64,000 bases of DNA from Azolla caroliniana. Its lineage: Eukaryota; Plantae; Polypodiophyta. The translations under genes and the position numbers were made by a program. The stretch lies in the NCBI GenBank assembly GCA_043228905.1, contig JBHGNT010000015.1:7626001-7690000 (forward strand), read 5' to 3'. Of the stretch, positions 1 to 12,273 are shown piece after piece; positions within the stretch are counted from its first letter, which is position 1, and every line of letters starts with the position of its first letter. The notes under the pieces were generated by a model. It made no database searches. It was given only the letters and a program-made list of their open reading frames with translations, and was not told the origin of the DNA.

Positions 1-2000
1 TTTGCAGTTCTTATGCAGTGGTACATAAATAGGTTTGCATCCAAGCATACCATACTTCTTCAACATAGTTGTTCCATACTGTTTTTGCAACATATATATA
101 CCACTTTTAGATCTGATCATCTCAATACCAAGAAAGTATCTCAACTCTCCCAAATCTTTCATATGAAATTACATTTCAAGATTTTTCTTAAGCTTCCTTA
201 TTTCATCCATAGAATCACCTCCAATGATTAAGTCATCAATATATATCAAGATAACAACAATGCAATCATTTATCTTCTTTACATACAGTGATGGATCAAC
301 TTTTGACATTTTGAAAGCAAATTTTTTCAAAGATTCTGAATGTCATGCTCTCGGTGCTTGTTTTAGTCCATAAAGAGCCCTTTTTAGCATACAAACATAT
401 TCTGGATGCTTTTTATCTTCAAAACCTGGTGGTTGACACATATATACTTCTTCTTCGAAGTTACCATGTAAACAAGCATTTTTTACATCCATATGGTGCA
501 GAACCCATCTTTTGGCTGCACTGACAGCAAGTAATGTCCTCAATGTTGCCATCTTTGCAACCGGTGCAAAAGTTTCATCATAATCAATTCCTTGCATTTG
601 GGCATATCACTTTGCCACAAATCTTGCTTTATGTCTACTTACATTCCCATTGGAATCATGCTTTGTTTTGTAGACCCATTTGCAACCTACAACATTTTTT
701 CCTTTTGGTAACTTTACCAAATCCCATGTTCTGTTTTCAACTAATTCATTTATTTCTTCTTGCATTGCTTTCACCCATTTCTTATCAGATTTTGCTTCAT
801 CAAAATTATTTGGATCAGAGATTTGTACCACTTTAGACATGTATGCATAATGCATTGCCATGTATGTATCATAACCAAATCTTTGAACAATCTTTTTCTC
901 TCTATATGATCTTCTCAGTTTTTGATTTGCATCTTTCATTGCCTTTTCCATACCAGGGATTTTCAAGGCTCCTATACCAAGCTCATCATCCAATGATGTA
1001 TTTGAATCTACATCTTCCATGTTTCTAGACCCATCAAGTATTTCATATTCTGGCATCTTCTGTTTTCCCTTCCTATCATCATATTTTTTGTGTCCTGCAT
1101 TTTTCCCACTCCATGCCTTTGAATCAGATTTATTACCAGAGTTTTATGATGGTCCAGTACATTCTATTGATGTTGAACCTTTCTATCCAACATTGCTTCC
1201 ATTTCCACGACAATCTCTTCCATTTTCAGATTTTTCTCTGTCTTCATTTTCACAGTCTTCATCAGTTTCGACATTTTCTTTTGGGTTGTACTAGCTGCCC
1301 AACTCATCAAATATTACATCACGACTTACCACAATCTTTTTTGTCAATAGGTTATAGCATCTATACCCTTTTTGCTCCTCTGAATATCCAACAAGAACAC
1401 ATTTTTCAGCTTTTGGATCAAGCTTACTTCTTACTTCAGCAGGTACATGAACATAGGCAAGGCATCCAAACACTTTTAGATGTCCTAAACTAGGTTTCCT
1501 TCCATAGAAACATTCTTTAGGAGTTACTTCATGTACTCCAGATGTTATACATCTATTTAAAATCAATTTTGTTGTGTTTACAACTTCTGCCCAATATTAC
1601 AATGGCATATTTTTTTTCAGTCATCATGGCTCTTGCTATGTTAATTGTGGAGTATATCTACATGTAAACTGTCTACTTATTCTTTGATTGCATAGAAAAT
1701 CAGAAAACTCATTTGAGAAATATTCTTCTCCTCCATCAGATCTTAAACATTTTATATCCAGCCTACTTTTCTACCATGCATTTGAACTTACGAAAGCAAT
1801 CAAATACTTCACTTTTCTCTTTCATGAAGTAAACCTATGTTTTCCTTGAGCAATCATCAATAAATGTTACATAAAACTTACATACACTAATTGATGCATT
1901 TTTTGTTGGTCCCCATACATTTGTATGTACCAAATCCAACAAATTTTTGCTTACATGTCTTTCATGAGGGAAAGGCAACCTATTTTGCTTTCCATATTGG
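1..2000 (-). mobile_element. Degenerate Ty1/Copia family A, integrase to RT portion (copy 1)
   Basis: Minus-strand ORF pieces QYGKQNRLPF/LDLVHTNVWGP (INT), [65 protein letters not shown] and YIDD near 230-245. Many stops and frameshifts. Closely similar to 23811-24683 and 29967-30560. Confidence 0.95.
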
Positions 2001-3223
2001 TTGACCCGTTCGATCCTGCGCGCCTCCACCTTTTCAGTCGGCTTGTTTGCTCGTGCAGCCTTTCTCAGCTCCCTTGTTGTCGCGGTGTTGGCGCCTCTTC
2101 CACTGCCCTTTCCTCTGCTTTTCCTTTAGTTGATTCGGCATCTCCGAATCGAACATTCGAACCGAATCGGTTGTCTTTGATTCGTTTCTGCTCTTGCCCG
2201 AATTGGCTATCTCCAATTCTTCTTCTATCTTCAGGCCCTTAACCACATCAGACCATGTCTTGGTCTTGGCCTTATCTTCCTTCTTGGCTTTATCTCCCCC
2301 TTGTTTGGCTGACTCCGGCTCTTCCCATTGGTTGCTGCCCTTGTTTTTGCCTTCGGCTTCTTCAGCCAACCCGAAATCGAATTCTTCATCTGACTCTACT
2401 TCGTGGTCATTCCCGCTCCTTTCTTGGTCTTTTGTCGCCCTCAAGTTCGGCACGTCGAGGTGCCATAAACCAAGCGCACCCAAAAAATGTTGCAACTTGT
2501 CAAGACGAAGGCGCTTGGTAAAGATGTCGGAAGTCTGCCGATACGTCAGGGCTCCCATGTTGAGTAATCGGTGTCTTTCGGGTCGGGTCGATTTTCTTGT
2601 GCTCCTTTGATGTAGCTCCCAAGATGCAAAGTTATTTCGATCCAACTTCTCGCTAGGGAGAGTGCTCCCCATTTGAGTTTTCATTGTCGATGAAGCTTTC
2701 TTTCTTCTTTTCCTTCTCTCTCGAACACAAGCTATGTAGTCACACTACGATAGCGATGAGTCGGTTCTTCTTGAACGTCGACGTAGAACACAACACGCAC
2801 GGATGGGCTAGATCGAGCTACCAAACCGCTCTGCTACCATGTAAAGCATCGATGGTGATTCTTGTGCAACAGATTAGGTTAGAGATGTGTGTTATGTGTG
2901 TGTGAGAGAGAGAGAGGAGAGCAGAGAAACATAAGATAGATAGAAAATGGAAATACTCAAGAAGATTGTATATTACAAAGGAGATTAACCGACCAATTAC
3001 GAAGTAGGAGGAGGGTGCTTTATATAGCCATCCTCTCTGTTCATTAACTATCGAAGCTCATCGGTCATGGGGAATGTGGAAACTCATTAGTTATGTGTCA
3101 TACAATATGATTCTATGACACATAGGTAATGTGTAGAGAGTAGTGGTGTGACTTTTGACCTTTGAGTGTTCATACACTCTCAAGGGTGTGCACACTAGAC
3201 TAGGTTGAGCTTGATTCTCAACA
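2001..3223 (-). mobile_element. Internally deleted Ty1/Copia family B: 5' LTR, PBS, gag start fused to RNase H end and tail
   Basis: LTR 2840-3223 (minus TGTTGAG...TTTACA), PBS TGGTAGCAGAGC at 2828-2839. ORF 2034-2684 runs from MGSTLPSEKLDRNNFASWE into SDIFTK..DKLQHF and then a charged tail. Confidence 0.85.
2840..3223 (-). repeat. Copia B-type LTR
   Basis: TG...CA termini, TATA box, adjacent Met-type PBS. Shares blocks (TGAGAATCAA.CTCAAC, TGTGTCATAGAA, TAAGCACCCTCCTC) with the LTR at 60000-60317. Confidence 0.8.
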
Positions 3224-4955
3224 ATTTTGTAGCCTTCCGGCTTTTTTTCTTAATACTAATGAAGGAAATCTTTTTGGAGAGAAGAGTGAAATAAACCTTT
3301 ATTATTATCCTTAGTTTGAGGACTAAATCAAAGTATGTTTATAAAGCATGTCAATTTAAACCTCAACTATATGACGTATGGTTTGTTCTTTTGTTTATAA
3401 ATATGTTTAGTTTGATATAATGCACACTAACCATTTGCTCCTAACAAAATGGATTTAACCCAATGTTGCAAATACAAGCACTGTTATTTGTGAATATTTG
3501 GTAGGGCTCATTGTACATAAGACGAATGTCGATGTATTTGGCCCATGCATTCAATGTCCATTAGTGTAAGTATTAATGAACTTTTTTTTTCCAGAAAAGT
3601 GCTAATGAACTTTTAATAATAACCTAACTTTGAGCTCATTAATGTGTGTGTATAAAGCTTATGATTTCTAGGCTTAGGTGGTTGTTTCAAGTATCGTGCA
3701 AGGATGTTTGATATTTTGTTGATTACAACAATTTTTCATCTTTCTAGTACAAGATTAGGCATGCCATCAACTTTCTCCTAAAATACTGACATCATAAAGA
3801 TCCTTATCTACAAGTTGTGATGATAGCATTCCCATATAAAAGTTAGTGTTAACAATACCTACAAGTGCTCATTATTAACTTTCAACTTTCCTTATATGGC
3901 ATGAACCTAGCACACGTACACAATGTTGGTTCAGTTGTTTAATGAACACTAAAAAGCATTGGAACAAGATGTAATTTGTTATTCGGCAATGAGGGGGAAA
4001 CTAAACAGAAATGTTTCAATATGTATGATAAAAGAAAGTAGAATGTAGTTTTTCTTTATTTTGAATCCACAAAGCTGGGATTTAACATAAATATCGGTAT
4101 CTTCTTAATAAAGAAGTATAAAGCTTTTTAAGAGAATCTATAAAACTAGGATTTATAATGACCAATTATTATGAGATGCAATCAACGTGCATGCATCTGT
4201 TACCATAAAAAGTCGCTTCATGTTGTAAATGGAATCTCAATAAGGAAATTCTCACTTAATGTTTTTTAGATTGTACACACATACATATTCTTAGAGCATC
4301 TAATGCATAACAAAGGGCACCCTCCTTGTTATAGCTTTTTAACATTGCTTCATAAAGGCCAAGGTTTCGCGGTAATGCCATAAATATTCTATTTTATTAT
4401 AGTATTAATATAATGCCTCCAATGAAATCTCAAATGTAAACATGAATTTATCAACTAAAATACTAGAGGTTAAAAATCTTCATATATGTGTTATCTTTTA
4501 CAATATACTAATACCCTTTTCACTAATTATTCTTCCAATGGTCTTTGTATTGTAATTTACTACTTAAAATACCACCATTAAAAGTTTGACGATGTGTGAA
4601 ATCACTTTTTCAAGAAAGGGAAAAAGTAAGTATTTAACTCTAACTTTTGCTTTAGCTGTATATACCGATATTTAACAATTGCCAAAGTTGATATTACCCT
4701 TTAAATGAGCGTATTTATAATATGCTTTCTCACAATTGCTTCCAGTTGTTGGGTTGTGAAAAGTGATTTTTAAATCCATAATTTGTTGGAGAAACCATTA
4801 GTTTGGTTGGTCTCATATATGATATCATGGTGAAGGACACATGCCAAGATTGGAAATATTTCTCAATAGCATGCAATGTTTTGAACCATAGGCTTAATGT
4901 TATGTATCTTGTAAACTACCAATTAATTTATAAACTTGATGGAAGATTCTAAATG

Positions 4956-5040
4956 GTGTTTGCCACGTACCTAGTGTTTTATTTGTTAGCAAAAAGTGTG
5001 CAAACGTGTGCAAGTGTTTGCCACGTACCTAGTGTTTTAT
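4956..5040. repeat. 27-bp direct repeat
   Basis: GTGTTTGCCACGTACCTAGTGTTTTAT at 4956-4982 and 5014-5040. Confidence 0.9.
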
Positions 5041-6619
5041 GTCTTCATATCCAAACAAGTGCAAGTGTGCGTACGTATACTATGTATGTATCTCAGTGTG
5101 TATGTATGTCCAAGTTGATAATATAAATTGTAAAGGAGATGGTTCCACATTATGGTTGTTTATTTTGTGCACTCCTTTCCAAGTTGATATCAAATTTTTG
5201 CAAGACGTGTCAGCTTCAAAACAAAATATTGTGATATGTTTTGTTACACAAGATTCATTATTTTGCATACATGAAAATGCATTTTCAATATCAATTTCCA
5301 TTTAAACTTTATGACGAATAGAAATGTTTGAAAAGTTGCAAGGTGTCGATGTTTGATTTAAATGCTCTTTTAAAAAGTTTATGAATTACAAATATAAGCA
5401 AGATATGATTTTCATGTGTTGCTTAGTGCGATGTCGAGTAAGGCCATGGGACAATTAAGATAACTTCTAAATAAGACCACTAAATGTTTTTGCTTAGAAT
5501 ATATAGGAACATTGCAATTAAAGTCAACGTGTATGCTATTAATATTAATTTTTTCTATGAATAAAAAATACTTGTATTATATACCATAGAAATCGAGTAA
5601 GCACCTTAGAGTGTGTCATCCAAATCATACCAAAAAGGGGAAAATGTGAAAGGTCACACAACCATTCTAGCTTTTAAAAGTGATCCTTATGACTTGTGGA
5701 TGGATATTTTTTTCGTGGTAAAGGACAATTTTTGTCAAGTGACAAAATGTAATGTGCCATCTCCATTACCCAAACATATCCATGTCAATGGTATCTCATC
5801 ATTTTAGTATTTGATGTATAGTGTATTGCAACGCATTTTGATATTTGTGTTGTATGTCAACAGTTCACAAATTGTAGTTTGACTAGGCATGATGAAGAGG
5901 ACACTCAAATCAGGTACGCACAACAAATCTATTATGCAATTAATTAGATGCATTATTCATGAGTGGGCATAGTCTGCATTGATCTGCATATTAAGTTATC
6001 CATAATTCTAAACTTAAATCATCATAATCTAGGCTTTTGTTGGAAACTTTACTATTATGGAATGAGAATAATGGATACAAACTTCAATGAATTCTAAGCA
6101 ACAAGGGGACCACTCACTAAATTCCTATATAATATATGTGTATGTGTGGGCGTGAGTGGTCTACTGTGATAGAATTATCAACGACCAAAAATCTTTTCTT
6201 TACTTCCTATCATTCAAGCATATTTCACAACTCTCTCATTGCCTATACGGGTTCATTCACATTTTGCTTCTTGATTGATCTAGCAATTTTCTTGATTGCT
6301 CATGTGGACTCATATCACTTTTCTCGGTGTCGCTACACATTTGAAAAAGGAACCTTTATAGATGAGGGCATCTCAACAATAGGAAAATTTTGCAAGATTA
6401 TATTTCAAAACATATAAATTAGGTGTATTACACTTTAGTACATTAAACCCATCAAACTCACTTAAATGAATGTACGGAGAGTGTTATGATAATCCTATTA
6501 GAACTACTAGATATAGTTGCTTTCTAACAATCGTTTGGATTTTATGTGATTACTTCTTGGTGTATTTCCATGAAGTAGCAATTTTATGTTTCGCATTGAA
6601 CATCTTTAGTGAGATGTAC

Positions 6620-7975
6620 CTCTCCTTATGCATTCGGTCAACATTCCTTGTATTTGCTTGTTCGACCCATGTTTTGTCTTCTTTTCTAATTTTTTCCTAA
6701 GCATCCCACTTGGATTGTTTTGCCTTGCTTTGCGTGGTGACTTGATGTACCTCGGTTGTGACCATGTTGATAGCTTGAGCTTTTTCTTTCTCCTTCTCTG
6801 GGCACTTATTTGCATAATGACCCTCTTTTCGGCAGTTATAGCATGTTGGGTTTGCCAACTCGCTTGACCCTCCTTGTTCGTTTTGTGTTTGTTGTGGTTG
6901 GAATTGTTGTCTCTCTCGTTCATCTCGAATCCAGGGATTGTTTTGCCTTGCTTTGCGTGGTGACTTTATGTACCTCAATTGTGATTATGTTGATGACTTG
7001 GGCTATTCCTCGCTCCTTCTCTAGGCACTTATTTGCATAGAGACCCTCTTTTCGGAAATTATAGGATGTTAGTTTTGCCAACTCACCTCATTTGTTTTGT
7101 GTTTGTTGCAGTTGGAATTGTTGTCTCTCTGGTTCATTCTAAATCTAGGGATTTTTTTGCCTTGCTTCTCTTGGTGACTTTATGTACCTCGATTGTGACC
7201 ATGTTGACAGCTTGAGCTTTTTCTCGCTCCTTCTCTAGGAACTCTTTCTAATGTGATTACATGGGGAAATGTCTTTTGGATGGATGTAAATGTGGACAAG
7301 CATAATTATGAAAGAGAAAAGATATTATTTACCCTTCAAACTAGGGGAAGGGAAGTTAAGGACATACCATACTCAACCTCAAATCAACTGAATGTGGATG
7401 CCATAGTATGGGTTGCAATATCATCGGTGGCTCTATGGAATATTTCGATAGATCGATGTAAAAATGTGTTTCAGCAAATAAAGAAAAATCTTGTTCATTG
7501 TGTGAAGGAAATTTTGTCAATGCTTATCTCAATTTTAAAAGGACAATATGACTCCTTCATAGGTGATGAAGATATGATTTTTCTGAAACAACAATCCTTT
7601 AAAGGCAGGTGGAACAATTTGTTCATTTTTGTGGAGAGAAATGACAAAATGGATTGGCAATATGTACCCCTTGGATGGTTATTTCCTCCATAGGTGGAGG
7701 TTGGTTTCAATTATGACATAATGGGGGATATCTTACCTGCCACTAAATTGTATCATTATATGTATTTTATACACTTATTGGATTGGTAATGGAAACTATG
7801 GTGTAGTTTTTAAAAGAAAAAAAGAAAAAAAGAACAAAACTTATTTGCTTAGTGATCGTCTTTTCGGCAATTATCGCATGTTGGGTTTGCCGACTCACTC
7901 GACTCACCTCATTCCTTTTTTGTTTGCTACGGTTGGAATTGTTGTCTCTCTCGTTCATCCTAAATCCAGGGATTG
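6620..7975 (-). repeat. ~220-bp tandem repeat derived from a Gypsy gag zinc-knuckle region
   Basis: Units start near 6712, 6935 and 7148, with a further partial copy at ~7840-7975. Minus frame reads CYNCRKEGHYANKC..AINMVTTEVHQVTT, homologous to 13980-14190. Confidence 0.85.
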
Positions 7976-8500
7976 TATTGAAACAACCTAGCTTGTCTAG
8001 GGCGTCTCTGATCATCCCATCTGTCTTCATGTGGTTGAAATCGGCAATTACTTTCTTAGCCAGACAACTACCCATGGTATAAAGGTCGACAAAGCAGTCG
8101 TAGTCGTAGTCGGACAAGTATGAAAGGACAAAAATCAAATTTTAATTTTGCTAAGTAGAAAAATAGCGTAATTTAGAAAATAGGACAGTTAGTATAAACT
8201 GTAAGTTCTTGCCGAACAGGTTAGTGTAATATCTTAGAAACGCCTCTCAAGTCACCTATAAAAAGGGTCGTTGAGCATTGTATCATTATTGATATGTTTT
8301 GGTATTAATATAAGTTTATTGCATCGAGTACTCTGTCGTTTCTATACCTATGACTATGTTGGAAGTTTTGTTCGTTGTATTCTATACATATTTATATTTA
8401 TAACCAATTGTCGATCAATGGTTATGTTTTAATTTTATTGGGTAAGTTCTGAGTAACCTAAGTGTTGTAGTCTGAGACTATTAGGGTGGAAACCTTAACA
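7974..8500 (+). repeat. Putative solo or truncated LTR
   Basis: TG start, CCTATAAAAAGGG TATA box, ends CCTTAACA. No TSD found. Confidence 0.4.
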
Positions 8501-8719
8501 ACACCTCGTGATGAACATCATCGAGTTAGCAAGTGAAGGCAAGATCCAAGAGAAATAATGATAGAAAGATAGACAAAGAATGGCACACAAGATGTAATTG
8601 TATTATTCAAACTCAGAGTTACAATAGAATGGAGGCAACAACCTTATGAGCTAGGTTACATAGCATAGCCTATTATATACTAACTATGCTAGGGAAACTG
8701 CCCTTTCACATATTTACAA

Positions 8720-10500
8720 AATTGTCCTAATCTTAATTCCGAGCTTCGTCTTGTCCTCCGTGGCCCCTTCTCATTCTTGAGCTGCTTGATGAGTTAGGCG
8801 ATTGCCTTTGCCTGTACTTCATACTCCATAAATTGGGTCTGGTAGGTCACTTGCAACCTATCCAAAATCGTCTTTCCTTGTTTCACTTCCTCGTAGTGAT
8901 GCGATTGGAGTTCCAGTCTCCGTTCCTCCATTACCTTCGTCTTCATCTCAACCATCATCTTCCCTTGATCTCTCAGCACCTCTGTTTTTTTCTTCAGCTT
9001 CGTCCGGACCTCCTTAATCTTTTCTTGTTGTCGATCATAATCCGACCCTAGCTTCTTATGTTCCGCTTCGAATTACTTATGGTCCCTGTGTAGCTTCTCA
9101 AAGTCTTCTATTTTTTGCTTCAAGTGCTGGTTGATTTGAGAGCACGCCCGATCTTCTTGGTCCTTTTGTTGCTAGATCTCTTCCTTTAGCCTCTCTATCT
9201 CCGTTTCGACCATCCTCCGGAGCTTGTCTTTTTCCTACAAGAACTTCTCTATTTCCTCCTTTAGTCGGTCATTGTTTGCTTGACTCTTTCGGAGACATTC
9301 CTCAGTCTTTCATTTCTCTTCATTGGTTGCATTCCTCTATTCTCTTTGTCTCTCTCTTAATGCTTCTTGAGCAGATAATTCGTCCCTTAATGTTTGCATT
9401 TCGTGTTCCCCCTTAGCGTCTTTTTCCGGGGTTGTACTGGCCACCTGTTCTACATATGTTTCCGAAGCTTTCTTCTGTAAATTGGTCGGTTCTACCGGCT
9501 CTGTTCTAGAACTTGTGATTTGGCCCATCTTTGACATGAGGACCGCAAACTACTTGGCGCTTGTCGGCTCCTCCAGGCTCTGAATCCGATTTCGAGCCTT
9601 ATCCAATTTTTCAGTTGTGGTCAGCAACTGTTCTACCCGTATCCGCTCCATCCGTTGCTCTTCATCTATCCGATCAGCCACACTGGATACCTGCTTCCCA
9701 CGCCATTCTAACCATTGCCGGAAGATTCCGTGTTATGTAAGTACGACGAACTGTTGTACTGGCTCCAATTCTTGCTCCCCCCTGAGCCATTGTGCAAACG
9801 ACTCCACTTGCTCTGGTGTTCGCTTCGGTTGGTGTTCCTCTTGTTATTGCTGCCCTAGAAGAGCTGGTGGTGTATGCCCTTCTAACTCCGGTTCTAGTTG
9901 AACCATTGTCACCGATTCTAGTCCGTTGGTTGGCTCCGTTTTTGGTCTAGGTTCCACCATCGTTGAGGAGGGAATTGGTGTATTGTCCTATTCCACCATC
10001 GCTGATCCTTCCCCTTGTTGCTCACTATTGCGCTTCCTTTGGCGACGTTGGAGGGTTTCGGTTTGTTCTTGTTCAACCTCCTCTTCTGCGATTTCCAGGT
10101 TTACCCTGTATACCAGTTCCTCCTGGACTCTTTCATGCTGATGTACCTTTATCTTGATCGATTTTGCTGACTTTTTCGGAACTTTCTCCACCCGGCTCCT
10201 ATCTCCGAGTATCGACACTTCTTCTTTCTGCCAAGATGAGTCCCTTGCTATCCATCCGGGGTTGTGTTTTGGTAAGAGTTGCTACCGTTTGGATGGCTTG
10301 TTGGGCGTGATCTCCGGCCGGCCTCACTTTTTCCGCTTGATGGTGCGTGTCGGGGGTAACAATATTGTTACACACTGTGCTAATCCGCCCCATGCTTTCT
10401 TCCCATCCATTACGGATGTGATTCCCGCTCGTAGTGAGTCGGCCACTATCACTGCCCAGTCCACCTTAAGGCCCACAAATGTGGCGATGATGACACCGAC
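8720..10500 (-). pseudogene. Decayed copy of the Gypsy extra (post-pol) coiled-coil ORF
   Basis: Minus frames VGVIIATFVGLKVDWAVIVADSL, LRDELSAQEALRERQRE and LQVTYQTQFMEYEVQAK match 18101-21097. Confidence 0.85.
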
Positions 10501-11237
10501 TGTCAGGATCAGTACTAAGACAGAGAAGGAATTAGTACTAAAAGATGAGGATTAGTACTAAGAGAGGTGTAGAACTCTCGAGAGAAGGAAAGAGTGAGCG
10601 AGAGAGAGAGCTAGAGAGATAGAGAGAGAGAAAGGGTGAGAGAATGATGATAAAAGATATATATTATGTGAAGAGAGTGTACAATAGTAGCTAGGAGGCT
10701 TAAGACTAACGTTGAACCGATTAGGTTCGAAAAAATGCCGTGTGCCTCCTTTTATAGTGTTCTCAGGAGTACTCCTGAAGTTTCTAGAATGTCCGAGAGA
10801 AATCGGGAATATACATCAATTTTCTATAATAAAACATAAATGAAAATAATATTTTATGTATTACAATGTGTGGTCTAATGGTCAAGAGCTCGACCCATGT
10901 AGCATAAGGCCATGGGTTCGAGTCTTGCCATATCATGACACTTATCCCCCTTTTAAAACAACGAGTGTCACAAGTCGTTTTGGATTGAGGACCCGGTTTG
11001 TCTGGATATTGACGATGGAAGTCTTCAAGAAGAGCACGAGCATTTGTCACATTCTCTATCGGTTCCCAAGTACGCTCACTGGGACTATATCCTAGCCAAT
11101 CGACTAGATAGTAGAACTTGTTGCGAACAATCTTGGAATCAAGGATGGCGGCAACCTCGTACTCAGGTCCATCTTCAATTTCAATCAAGGGTGGAGGCTG
11201 TGTAATACGTCATGGGATGGTGCTCTCTTGATAGGAC
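10501..11237 (-). mobile_element. 3' end of a Tcn1-like chromovirus (chromodomain, PPT, 3' LTR)
   Basis: Chromodomain YEVAAILDSK..YYLVDWLGYSPSERTWEP, PPT at 10941-10955, LTR 10501-10940 (TGTCATG...CTGACA). Same family as 24684-29966. Confidence 0.92.
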
Positions 11238-11786
11238 TTGCCATCACTCGGTTTGGGGCCTTTCTTGGCCGGTTCGGACTTCGTTCCCGAAGATCCACCC
11301 TTCATCCTTTCCGGCCCGCCTGAAGAACCCCGTTACGCAGTACGGGTACAATGAGTACATGGCACATCACTATGCGTACATGACCAAAGTAGCGGAAGTG
11401 TGTGTGCCGGAGAGCTACACAGAAGCAACAAAGGACGCAAATTGGTGTGCCGCTATGGAAGAAGAAATGCGGGCACTCGATGCCAACGACACATAGGACC
11501 TCGTTGACCCTCCCCGACACTGTAAACCAATCGGTTGCTAATGGATGTACAAGGTAAAGTACAATGTTGACGGTTCGGTTAACCGGCACAAGGCCCGGTT
11601 AGTGGCACAGGGATATGCTCAGACCCACGGAACCGACTACGGCGAGACCTTCGCTCCGGTAGCGAAGATGATGAAGATTCGTGTGGTACTGGTAGTTGCC
11701 GCGGCAAGGGGGTGGCATCCTCACCAGATGGATGTGAAGAATGTGTTTCTTCAAAGCGACCTTCAAGAAGAGGTCTTAATGATCCA

Positions 11787-12220
11787 TGTTACCGGCCGGC
11801 AAAGGAGTCCAGAGTGGGAAACGGAGAGCTAATTAAGTAGTAGGAATGTGGTTGTAATTAAGCTATGAGTGTGGACGGACGGACCGGAATCGGTATGCCG
11901 TTCCGGATCCGGACCGATCCCGAACAGGTGCGGATGGCACCGTTTTGTAATACAGACCGGAAACCTATTTAAAGGCCCGGATACAATGTAATAGTTAGCG
12001 GTTAATTAATGAAAGCTTAAGCGTTGTTATCTCTCTGGGTTAATTGCCGTTCTGTCTTAATTGTTATATCTTACGCGTGTTATGAAAGACGATCCTAATA
12101 AGTAACTTAATTAAGTCGGATTAAGCGTTGAAGTCTAATCTGGTTGCCGTAACACCCTTTGGTGAAGTGTCTCCCGTAGACACCCTGTGTTAGGCCATTG
12201 TCCGGCCCGAAGAGTTAACA
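11787..12220 (+). repeat. 5' LTR of the Gypsy element
   Basis: TGTTAC...TTAACA, near-identical to 21152-21585. Confidence 0.97.
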
Positions 12221-12227
12221 CAGTTTT

Positions 12228-12238
12228 TGGCGACCACG
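12228..12238 (+). promoter_or_regulatory. Primer binding site, tRNA-Arg type
   Basis: TGGCGACCACG 7 nt after the LTR, complementary to the plant tRNA-Arg(UCG) 3' end as recalled. Same PBS at 47138. Confidence 0.75.
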
Positions 12239-12273
12239 ATTCCTGTTTTTGCAGCGAACGACGGCACGGATGG

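Noticed and set aside
3224-6600. Decayed DNA transposon or gene in the AT-rich stretch
   Set aside because: Only short ORFs with no recognisable motif, terminal repeats or splice pattern.
7253-7710. 146-aa and 71-aa ORFs
   Set aside because: No recognisable homology, and they sit between repeat fragments.
10864-10936. Functional tRNA gene
   Set aside because: The anticodon stem does not pair and the T-stem is mostly wobble pairs; it is part of an LTR.
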